A stretch of DNA of 15,459 bases from Octopus sinensis (GCF_006345805.1 NW_021825482.1:1-15459), one strand, 5' to 3'. Shown: positions 1-8,832, counted from the stretch's first letter. Translations and numbers: made by a program. The notes: generated by a model not told the origin, from the letters alone.

Positions 1-9
1 ACGAGCTTC

Positions 10-119
10 AAGACGGTTTCCGTTTACCAATTTCACCCACTAATCATTGGTCGGCCCTGTACTATAATAGAAGACATTTGGCCAAGGTGCCGTGCTGTGG
101 GGCTAAACCCAAAACCATA
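10..119 (-). mobile_element. tRNA-derived SINE fragment (octopus OR1/OR2-like, 5'-truncated)
   Basis: Minus strand reads GGTTTAGCCCC (decayed B-box), then GGCACCTTGGCCAAATGTCTTCTATTATAG...GGCCGACCAA...TTGGTAAACGGAAAC. This matches my recollection of the abundant octopus SINE with a CCTTGGGCAAGT core-like segment. The family name is from memory, not a search. Confidence 0.7.
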
Positions 120-129
120 CCTTTTCAAA

Positions 130-666
130 GAGAAGAACTGAGGTTAAATTGGAAAGGGAGTTGGATGACAATGGAGAGAAGTTGAGATTTTGAGTGAAGG
201 GGAGAGTTTAGAGTCTGTAGTAAGAACTTGGATACAGAGTGAATGAGAGGAATATACTGATAGAAAGAAACTGAGATATAGAGAGAGACAGGGGATAGTA
301 ATGACAGAGAGACACTTGGTTAGAGTGAGAAAGAAAGAAAGAAAGAGAGGAAGCGAGAAAGAGAGAGAAAGAGAAAGAGAGAGACAAGGAAAGAAAGAGA
401 CCTGACGCCTGTAGACTGGGAGACAGGCAGAACAATGATAAGAACATAAAAAGAAAAGGGGAGAGAATGGAAGCGGGATAGATTTACTGAGAAACTAAAA
501 TGTATGGAGAGACACAGAAAGACGCAAAGAGTGAGAGAGAGGGAGAGTAAGGAGCATGAGGCTTAAAATATAATAGAGAGTGTGGAAAAGGAGAGATTTA
601 CAGAAGGACATATGTATATATGTATATAAGACACCAAAAGAGAATGACTCTCCCCTGACACAACAG

Positions 667-710
<44 letters not shown>

Positions 711-1250
711 GAGAGAAGGGAGAGAGAGAAAGAAGGAAAAAGAAAGAAAGAAAGAAAGTGATTTGGTGAGGTATTTATATGTATATAGAGGAAAAGCAGA
801 CATAAGGGAATAAAAATTTGAGAAAAATGGAGTAAGGTGTTGAGATGAAGAGTGTTGAGAGAGGTATGGAATTGAGGTAAAGCGCGCGAGAAAGAGAAAC
901 AGGAGAGGGACAATGTGTCGTTATGATATATAAACTATATTAGAATGAGAGGGAAGAAATGAAAAAAAAAATGTTTTGAGAGAAACTGAAATGTAGATTA
1001 ATAGAAAGACACAAGACAGAGAGACACGGAAATGTAGTTTGTCGTTACACACAATTGAGAGCAAGAAATAACTGAGAGAACACGATAGATAATGTGTGTA
1101 TGTGTGTGTATGTGTGTGTATGTGTGTGTAGAGGGAGAGGGGGAGAGGGAGAGAGAGAGAGAGAGGCTGAGACAAAGAGACAGCGAGAGACAAAGAGTAG
1201 AGAAAGAGAGAAAGTAGGGGATATGCTGAGAAAGTCAAATCGAAAGTGGG
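130..1250 (+). repeat. Purine-rich low-complexity tract with (GA)n/(GAAA)n, embedded (TA)n (~667-707) and degenerate (GT)n/(GTAT) (~1094-1130)
   Basis: Direct inspection: strong A/G bias on the + strand with runs of GAGA and GAAA. Confidence 0.9.
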
Positions 1251-1288
1251 GACGTTATTGTCGTTAGAGAATATTCAAGGAAAAAAAG

Positions 1289-1329
1289 TATATATATATA
1301 TATGTATATATTATATGTATATATATATA

Positions 1330-1364
<35 letters not shown>

Positions 1365-1436
1365 ATCTATATATATATATATATATATATATTCATATAT
1401 ATATATATATATACATATATGTATATATAATATATA
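1289..1436. repeat. Degenerate (TA)n microsatellite
   Basis: Direct inspection. Confidence 0.95.
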
Positions 1437-1784
1437 AATCTGAAAAGAGATTTGGAGAGGAGTTAAAAGATATATAGAGAGGTTTTAGAGAGAGAGAGAG
1501 AGAGTGGGAGGTGTGGAGAGAAACTTTATAATTTACCAGTTAACATAGCTCACCAGGTCTCCATCTCGGAAGATATGTTGATGTTGACAGAAAATCAAAG
1601 AGGCATTACCATAATTTGTGCATAGCAGATAGTTTTCGCTTGAACTACACAGAATTCTCGACCCTTTCGTCACTTTTATCATTTATATTGCCCAACTAAA
1701 TCAGAACTATTTTCGAAAATTGCATCCCCCTTATCTCTCTCGCCTATCCCCTACTCTATCTATCTATCATTCTAATATGTACAC

Positions 1785-1786
1785 AA

Positions 1787-1848
<62 letters not shown>

Positions 1849-2237
1849 AGGAAGATGGATATGTGCTTGACTATCTTCTTATATATCTATGTATCTCAAT
1901 ATCTATATTGCCTAAAGAGATAGCTGACTGTCATTTTATCTATCTATATCTCGATCGATCTACATATCGACCGATCGATCTATTTATTTAACTACGTATC
2001 CGCTTGAATTATACATTACGACACACACATACACACAGACACACACGCACACACACACATATTTATATATTTATTTTTTTTTGTGTGTGTACTTCCATGT
2101 ATATATGTACACAACGACGCACACAAATGTCGTTTCATATTTATACGCTTATCTTTCAAAATGCGCGTCAGTCCATTGCTATCTCTGTGTCTGTCTGTCT
2201 CTCTCACTTTTCTCTTTCTCTCTCTCTATATATATAC

Positions 2238-2308
<71 letters not shown>

Positions 2309-2395
2309 TAATTTCCTCCACGTATTCACATTCAAGTATGACTATATATTATATATATATACATATTATATACATATATGTATATATATGTAATG

Positions 2396-2436
<41 letters not shown>

Positions 2437-2466
2437 GTACACACATATACATATATATATATTATG

Positions 2467-2506
<40 letters not shown>

Positions 2507-2736
2507 ATATATGCATATATATATAATGTTATATATATATGCATATATATATGTATATATATATGTGTGTGTAATATATATGTCTGTGTGTGTATGCATG
2601 AATGTATAGATACACCATACACATATATACATATACATATATATACATATTATATATATATACGCACATATTCATTAATTTATATATAGCTAGATAACAT
2701 ATTTATATAGGAATAGATATGCTTCTATATATCTAT

Positions 2737-2784
<48 letters not shown>

Positions 2785-2793
2785 ATATATATA

Positions 2794-2857
<64 letters not shown>

Positions 2858-2935
2858 GTATATATGCATATGTTACACATTCAATATGTGTGTATATGTA
2901 TATGTGAATATATATATGTGTGTGTAAATATATGC

Positions 2936-2991
<56 letters not shown>

Positions 2992-3022
2992 TATATATAT
3001 ATATATTATATATATATATATA
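1785..3022. repeat. Compound microsatellite block: (CA)n, (TA)n, (CT)n, (TATC)n, (TATG)n
   Basis: Direct inspection. It explains the poly-IY/HT ORFs in the track. Confidence 0.95.
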
Positions 3023-3114
3023 GCATAGAATTATGCACGAATCTATACGTAAAGAATATATGACCAGTATTTTGATAGAAATGCCAACAAACTACGACCT
3101 CTCTTACACATATT

Positions 3115-3217
3115 CACACGCAGGCGCGCGCACACTCGTGCGGTCGAATGTGCACACATTTACGCACGTAAACACACATTAAAAACCAAGGCTTACACAC
3201 ACATTCACACACACACA

Positions 3218-3253
<36 letters not shown>

Positions 3254-3310
3254 AATATGCAGACACACACACACACACAAATACGCAGACACACACACAC
3301 ACACACACTC
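3115..3310. repeat. (CA)n/(CT)n microsatellite
   Basis: Direct inspection. Confidence 0.9.
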
Positions 3311-3785
3311 CTGCTATACATTCTCACATTTGACACATTCAAATTTACATCGAGATACACTAATTTCCCCCAATACCACTTTCTCCAACACTACCACCAT
3401 CTTCATCACTACAAACAACAATAACAACACCAAGAAATACGACTACATCGTTACCACCATCATATCTATCTCCATCACTACTCCATACTACTTAGCTGTT
3501 ATTAAATGATTTATAGCCTAATTGCGTATTTGACCATATAAATTCGGACCATCATTTTTGCCTCCGGGGTCCCCGCCGCCCGGGTGATGTAAGAGGTGAG
3601 TAGGAAGGCTTTTCACGGGCGCCAGGCCTTTTTAGCATATAAGCTGAAGGATAGCTGATGGTGGTGCCGACGCCCCCCTTAGAGTAAGTTTCATTTCTTG
3701 CAGACACCTCGACTGATTTTTCTTGAACTTTAACCTCATGCCATAGCCTGCTGTCTTGCTCCATCATTTTACTTATTTATATTTT

Positions 3786-3822
3786 TACTACTACTACTAC
3801 TACTAACTACTACTACTACTAC
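3786..3822 (+). repeat. (CTA)n microsatellite
   Basis: Direct inspection. Confidence 0.95.
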
Positions 3823-3981
3823 TTATTGTTTTTCTCATTTTACCCCCTACCTACTTTCCCATCCATCTACTCATTCACCCGCTTTGTCCCAGTCTATGTG
3901 CGCATCCGTGAGTTGTTTCCTTCTCTTAGTTATCTGCTTAACTGCTTTTCTCTTTCCCGACCAGTTGCTTCGGTCAAACTG

Positions 3982-4076
3982 CAGGTGGCGGAATTATTAA
4001 GACGTCGAAATAAATGCCTGGCAGTATTTGTTCTGGTTCTTTATATTTTGAGTTCAAATCTTGTGGTAGACAACTT
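3982..4076 (+). mobile_element. Decayed head of a tRNA-derived SINE (same family as 6425, 6651 and 14820 copies)
   Basis: Alignable by eye to 6425-6520. B-box GAGTTCAAATC at 4050-4060. The body and tail are missing and it is fused to element E. Confidence 0.65.
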
Positions 4077-4442
4077 CAGGTTGAGTAGCCCATCCTGCAC
4101 AAAGGGTCCCTGAATCAGAGTTGTTTAAGAATGATGAACGAAGCACCCATGCTTCCAAAGCTAAATTATTCAAGCTCCAAAGAATTCCTCTCAACACAGG
4201 GCTATGATGCTCCACCATTACTTCTGTTCGTGATCAGAGATAGACATATCGTCAGCCATTAAGGGACATGCTCAACTGATTAATGCCAAGCTGCTGGCAA
4301 ACAAGTCTGTGGTATTGAGCAGAATATTTGTTGTAGCCCATCTTTTAAACCAAGGCAAAACATGTACATGATAACGCTTCCAATCAGAAACGATCAAAAG
4401 CCATGAGAGCCACTGCCTGGTTGCCTGGAACTGTATCAGAGG
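4074..4442 (-). mobile_element. Unnamed non-coding interspersed element 'E', copy 1 (3' part missing)
   Basis: Aligns along its length to 12027-12320 + 13569-13640. Carries the uninterrupted site CATGTACATG (TA at 4365-4366). Orientation is inferred from the (AAT)n tail of copy 2. Confidence 0.85.
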
Positions 4443-4458
4443 ATTATTATTATTATTA

Positions 4459-4514
<56 letters not shown>

Positions 4515-4518
4515 ATTA

Positions 4519-4549
<31 letters not shown>

Positions 4550-4569
4550 ATATTATTATTATTATTATT
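4443..4569. repeat. (ATT)n array = (AAT)n 3' tail of RLE element A and 5' flank of E copy 1
   Basis: Direct inspection. It abuts the 3' UTR of element A at 4570. Confidence 0.9.
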
Positions 4570-5530
4570 CAGTAGTTTTATTTTTATAGCGTGCTTTCAC
4601 TTCACTACCGAGCGCAGCTCTGTATGCCTTGGGTATGTGCTGTGATTTGTTGTGATGCTCTGATGGTTATTGTATGGAAAGTGTTCTGCGTAGGATGTGT
4701 GCAGTGCCTAGTAGTGGCAATTTTTCTGTATGTTATATGTGTTTGTAAGTCCTGGTGTTTTTTTTATGTATTTGTCTGAATATTTTTTTATCATGCCTAA
4801 TGCACCTACTATGATAGGAATTGTTTCTATTTTCAGATTCCACATTCTAGTTACCTCTATTTCCAGCTCTTTGTTTTTGAGAGTTTCTCTCCATTTCTTT
4901 TAGAGACACGTCGTCATCAGCCGGTATTGATACATCAATTAGAAAGCATTTTTTTTTCTTCATGATCTCTGACAAATATATCTGGTCTGTTGGCCTTAAT
5001 TTCTCTATCTGTGTGTATCGGCATATCCCAGAGTATGGTTGCTTTCTCGTTTTTCTGGACCTTTTCTGGTGTGTGCCTATACCATCTTTTTTCTGTTGTT
5101 ATTCCATAATGTTGGCATAGCTTCCAATGTATGTAGGTCCCAACTCTGTCATGTCTGTGAATATATTCCTTCTTAGCCAGGACTGGGCAGCTAGAGATAA
5201 TATGATTTATTGTTTCTTGTCCATCTCCACATATTCTGCAGTTACTTGTACTATTTCTTTTCATTACATGTTTTTGGTAATTTCTGGTGGGGAGGCTTTG
5301 GTCTTGTGCTGCAATTAAAATCCTCTGTTTTGCTTTGAGTCCTGAGCTTCTCAACCATTGCTGGGATTTTTCTTTGTCTATTTCTTTTGCGTTTAGTTTA
5401 GTCCAGTATTTACCATGAAGGGGCTTTTCTTGCCATCGTTTTATCATGGTTCGTTGCTGTTCTATTTTTAGTTTGGATTTCATTTGTTTTATAGCTTTTG
5501 TTGTTTTGTTATAGCTTTTGTTGTTTTGTT
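4570..5530 (-). mobile_element. R4/Dong-clade (RLE-type) non-LTR retrotransposon, family A, 5'-truncated 3' end
   Basis: C-terminal ORF remnant, a 3' UTR of about 97 nt (4570-4666) and an (AAT)n tail. The 5' junction carries a 20-bp tandem duplication. Confidence 0.9.
4667..5510 (-). pseudogene. Frameshifted C-terminus of R4/Dong-like ORF: thumb region, CCHC zinc knuckle and PD-(D/E)xK restriction-like endonuclease
   Basis: Motifs in order: KPLHG; AAQDQ; CRICGDGQETINHIISSC (C-X2-C-X8-H-X4-C); RHD; ILWD...NRPDI. Across frameshifts it continues CFLIDVSIP...KEMEKLSK(Y)KELEIEVTRMWNLKIETIPIIVGALG...LGTAHILRRTLSIQ*, with the stop at 4667-4669. This motif order is characteristic of the R4/Dong clade. 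Confidence 0.9.
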
Positions 5531-5546
5531 ATTATTATTATTATTA

Positions 5547-5603
<57 letters not shown>

Positions 5604-6030
5604 TATTATTATTATCATATGGGTTTTTCTTCTTCTTTCAAATTTGCTTCCATTTCTTGCCGAGTGTCTTCCCGACTGCTTGGGCAAATAAACTCATAGT
5701 ATACATTGGTAGGCCATTAAACTAAACTCACTAGTTCGTTCATTTTTTTTTTAATAGAAATAATGTTAAATTAAAATACATGGGGAGTAATAGTTCTCAC
5801 ATCGACAATGTTCTTCTCAATACATGTGATGTACCAGTTAAGACAAACTTTTGCACTTCTTGCAGGGATGGTAAGCCAGGGATCATTCTCATATAATTTT
5901 CGGTTCCCTTCTTGATCATTCCTAGTGCTCCTATGATCACTGGTATTGTAACCGCCTTGAGATGCCACATTTTCTCAATTTCAATGAGCAGGTCTTTATA
6001 TTTTCTGACCTTGTCAAATTCTTTCGCCTT
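5531..6030 (-). mobile_element. R4/Dong-clade element, family B, copy 1 (3' ~410 bp plus (AAT)n tail 5531-5617)
   Basis: Uninterrupted frame 6027-5797: AKEFDKVRKYKDLLIEIEKMWHLKAVTIPVIIGALGMIKKGTENYMRMIPGLPSLQEVQKFVLTGTSHVLRRTLSM*, homologous to the element A C-terminus. The 3' UTR is shared with 6059-6220 and 11148-11321. Confidence 0.9.
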
Positions 6031-6301
6031 ATTATAATAATAATTATTATTATTATTACTTTTTTTTTTCTTCCTTCAAATTTGCTTACATTTCTTGCCG
6101 AGTGTCTTCCCGACTCCTAGAGCAAAGAAACTCATAGTATACATTGGTAGGCCATTAAACCAAACTCAGTAGTTCGTTCATTTTTTTTTTTTTAATTAAA
6201 ATACATGAGCAGCAACAGTTCTCACATCGACAATGCTCTTCTCAATACGTGTGATGTACCAGTTAACAATGCTCTTCTCAATACGTGTGATGTACCAGTT
6301 A
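6031..6301 (-). mobile_element. R4/Dong-clade element, family B, copy 2 (3' ~240 bp plus tail 6031-6058)
   Basis: Aligns to copy 1 (5625-5840). Ends 5' in a perfect 36-bp tandem duplication (6230-6265 / 6266-6301). Confidence 0.9.
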
Positions 6302-6342
<41 letters not shown>

Positions 6343-6362
6343 CATCATCATCATCATCATCA

Positions 6363-6424
<62 letters not shown>
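6302..6424. repeat. (ATT)n(ATC)n(ATT)n compound microsatellite
   Basis: Direct inspection. Source of the poly-I/Y/H/M ORFs. Confidence 0.95.
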
Positions 6425-6636
6425 GAGCTTGTAGAATCGAGAGCACGCCGAGCAATATACTTAGCAGCATTTTGTCCACCTTTATATTCTGTGTTCAAAT
6501 CCCTCTGTGGTCGACTTTGTCTTTCACTCTTCCAGGGTCGATAAAATAAGTACTAGTTGAGCACTAGAGTTGATGAAATGGACTAGCTCCCTCTCCCAAA
6601 TTTCAGGCCTTGTGCATATAGTAGATAGGATTATTA
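6425..6636 (+). mobile_element. tRNA-derived SINE (octopus OK-like family), near full length
   Basis: Head GAGCTTGTAGAATCG, B-box GTGTTCAAATCC at 6491-6502, body GGTCGACTTTG...GGGTCGATAAAATAAGTAC...GGCCTTGTGC, tail GGATTATTAT. Four related copies occur in the window. The family name is from memory. Confidence 0.85.
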
Positions 6637-6650
6637 TGTCTATGAACAAT

Positions 6651-6854
6651 GTGATGAGCTGGTAGGTATTTCGCCCGCCGCTACGTTCTGAGTTCAAATT
6701 CTGCCGAGTTCGACTTTGCCCATCATTATTACGGGGTCGATAAATTGTGTACCAGTGAAACACTGGATTCGATATAATCGACTAACCCTCTCCCCCATCA
6801 AATCTTTGGCCTTGTGCCTATAATAAAAATTATTATTATTATTATTATTATTAT
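6651..6854 (+). mobile_element. tRNA-derived SINE, second tandem copy with internal deletion in the head
   Basis: B-box GAGTTCAAATTC at 6690-6701, same body as the 6425 copy, (ATT)n tail 6829-6854. Confidence 0.85.
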
Positions 6855-6894
6855 GAGTAGTAGTAGTAGTAGTAGTAGCAGCAGCAGTAGTAGC

Positions 6895-6926
<32 letters not shown>

Positions 6927-6947
6927 GAGGAGGAGGAGGAGGAGGAG
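6855..6947 (+). repeat. (AGT)n(AGC)n(AGT)n(AGG)n compound microsatellite
   Basis: Direct inspection. Source of the poly-S/R/L ORFs. Confidence 0.95.
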
Positions 6948-6980
6948 CAGTAAATCTTCATCATCAACATGCGCTTTGTA

Positions 6981-7263
6981 TTGTTGTTTGTTCCTTTTCA
7001 AGCCACACCTGGCTCATAAGGGCCGGTTTCCCGGTTTCCTTGGCGTATAGGTTCCCCACATGGACGGAACGCCAGTCCGTTGCAGGAAAGAGTGAGAGAA
7101 AGTTGTGGCGAAAGAGTCAGAAGTTCGCCATTACCTTCTGCCGGGGCCACGGGGAGCGTAGGTGTTTCACTCATAAACACATACATCACCCGGTCTGAAA
7201 TTCGATTCCACGATCCTTCGACCGCGAGTCCACTGCTCTAACCACTACGCCATGTGCTCCCAC
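6981..7263 (-). mobile_element. tRNA-derived SINE of a third family, (AAC)n-type tail
   Basis: Minus strand: A-box TGGCGTAGTGG, degenerate B-box GGAATCGAATTT, non-tRNA body ending GGAAACCGGGAAACCGGCCCTTATGAGCC...AAGGAACAAACAACAA. Confidence 0.85.
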
Positions 7264-7339
7264 GCTTAATATTGTATTGTTCAGTTATTCATCAAAATCA
7301 ACCATTGACCTCATAAGAACCTCTCGCCAACTATTTAAA

Positions 7340-7460
7340 CCTTACATATGAATACCATCACTACTAACGGTACTACTACCAATACCAACAGTACCAATTC
7401 CATATTACCACTACTATATCATCCCAGTATAGCAATATGCTATTATGCCGGTCCAACCAG
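7340..7460 (+). repeat. Degenerate (ACT/ACC)n low-complexity tract (a similar tract lies at 7670-7800)
   Basis: Direct inspection. Confidence 0.7.
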
Positions 7461-8052
7461 CACCGCTGCTATGTCAGGCGACCCAATGTAGGAGCGCCTA
7501 CTTACTTGAAATAACAGTTAATCTGCCGACAAATGACACACTTCAAACCACGACTTGAAAACTAAAAATTAAAATAAACCCGCTGAATAATGGGATACAA
7601 TTCATGGGCTCGAACATCTTTGCTCATAGGTGTATTCGATTGATGTTGACCTATGGCTAAACAAAATCATTGCACCACTATACCAATACCACCTTACGAT
7701 ACTACCACTACTACTATCATCACAAATAACTCTCACCGCCACCACCACCACCATTTCTGGTATCACCATCACCATCACCATCACTTCCATCATTTCCTCC
7801 TCCATTAATATTGCTCATTGCATATATCTGATGCTGGTCTGACCACGACAAAATCTATAATAATTCTTAGTTTATATATAAATTATACAGTCAAAATTTT
7901 CCAATTTGAGTTTTGTAGGTTGCATCTGTGTATATTGTTAAGTACTACTACAACATAGCCGACGAGAATGGATGTGTATATATCGACGTATACATGTGTA
8001 TGTGCTTATATGCATGTATTACAGTGTGATCTTATGGATGTGAATGGATATG

Positions 8053-8126
8053 AATGTTTTTATGTATGTATGTATGTATGTATGTATGTATGTACGTGTA
8101 TGTATGTATATATATATATATATATA
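8053..8126. repeat. (TATG)n(TA)n microsatellite
   Basis: Direct inspection. Confidence 0.95.
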
Positions 8127-8342
8127 CGTTGTGAGAAAGGATGAAACCTCTTGGCTTTAATGGGAAAGGCCTGTTTGGCGGCCCAAACTTCCGAGTTATT
8201 TTACAGGGCTTAGAAAAAAAATGAAGGACCACTGCAATAAGTATGTGAATCGGAGAAGGGATTATGTTGAATAATATATATTAACTGATCCTCCTCTATT
8301 TTCTGTTACTTAAAGCCAGGAACTTTTCAGCCCTCCCTAGTA
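8127..8342 (+). mobile_element. Mariner-derived MITE (internally deleted, ~215 bp)
   Basis: Right TIR AAAGCCAGGAACTTTTCAGCCCTCCCTAG followed by TA (8312-8342). Degenerate left TIR shares TGAAA and TGGCTTTA (~8133-8159). The interior encodes, with frameshifts, LAAQTSE..GLEK.KDHCNKYVNRRRDYVE* (stop 8272-8274), resembling mariner transposase C-termini. Both flanks are (TA)n. Confidence 0.7.
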
Positions 8343-8403
8343 ATATATATATATCGAAGTAACGAAGCAAAGCACTGATTGCGTATAATCACAATTTAGG
8401 TCA

Positions 8404-8649
8404 AGTTGAAATATATGTGTCACATATTTCAACTGCTAAAGGCAAGTACACTGCAGTTACCGTAGAGAAAAAAAAATCTCTCTTATGGTAAAAAGGTGTG
8501 AAAACAGCCAGTTCGTTCAGAGTCGCCATCTTTCGGGTATCTCAGACATCGATGTTTCGAGTTTGACTCTTGTCGACGAGATGTACCTAAGAGAGGCAAC
8601 TCTGAACGAACTAAATATAGCGTGTAGTTTATATTCAGTCAACACGTTA
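8404..8649. other. Cluster of four inverted repeats/hairpins of unknown identity
   Basis: 8404-8434 near-perfect palindrome; 8457-8491 stem of about 12 bp; 8510-8612 long hairpin (outer 18 bp with 1 mismatch); 8618-8625/8642-8649 8-bp stem. Confidence 0.75.
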
Positions 8650-8681
8650 ACTGATTTGCGCTAGTAGATCGCCCGATCGTT

Positions 8682-8694
8682 AAAAAAAAAAAAA

Positions 8695-8758
<64 letters not shown>

Positions 8759-8787
8759 TTAATAATAACAATAATAATAATAAATAA

Positions 8788-8832
<45 letters not shown>
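8682..8832 (+). repeat. A15 followed by (TAA)n array
   Basis: Direct inspection. The arrangement resembles a retroposon 3' tail. Confidence 0.95.

Noticed and set aside
1530-1690. Unique stretch with a ~50-codon minus-strand frame ending near CTG|GTGAGC
   Set aside because: No recognisable motif and no credible acceptor. Within chance expectation.
208-2907. Numerous 60-147 aa ORFs (poly-SL, IY, HT)
   Set aside because: They are translations of (GA)n, (TA)n and (CA)n microsatellites, which are stop-poor by composition.
3643-3662. CTGAAGG / CTGATGG as hammerhead cores
   Set aside because: Both lack A9 of CUGANGA, and there is no correctly placed GAAA or helices.
3548-3680. HDV-like ribozyme on the minus strand (P2 ACCATCA/TGATGGT; P3 GCT-ATCCTTC-AGC)
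   Set aside because: No convincing P1 partner for the sequence after P3, no GG for P1.1, and J4/2 (CAAAAA) is too long. Kept only as a structured island.
6230-6301. 36-bp direct repeat of CRISPR-like length
   Set aside because: Only two adjacent copies with no spacer, derived from retroelement coding sequence, in a eukaryotic context with no cas genes.
5484-7050. ORFs with poly-Y/L/I/H/S/R runs resembling low-complexity proteins
   Set aside because: They are trinucleotide arrays read in frame, partly running into wrong-frame retroelement sequence.
7190-7263. Possible tRNA gene on the minus strand
   Set aside because: An A-box is present, but the B-box is degenerate, there is no proper acceptor stem, and it continues into a SINE body and tail.
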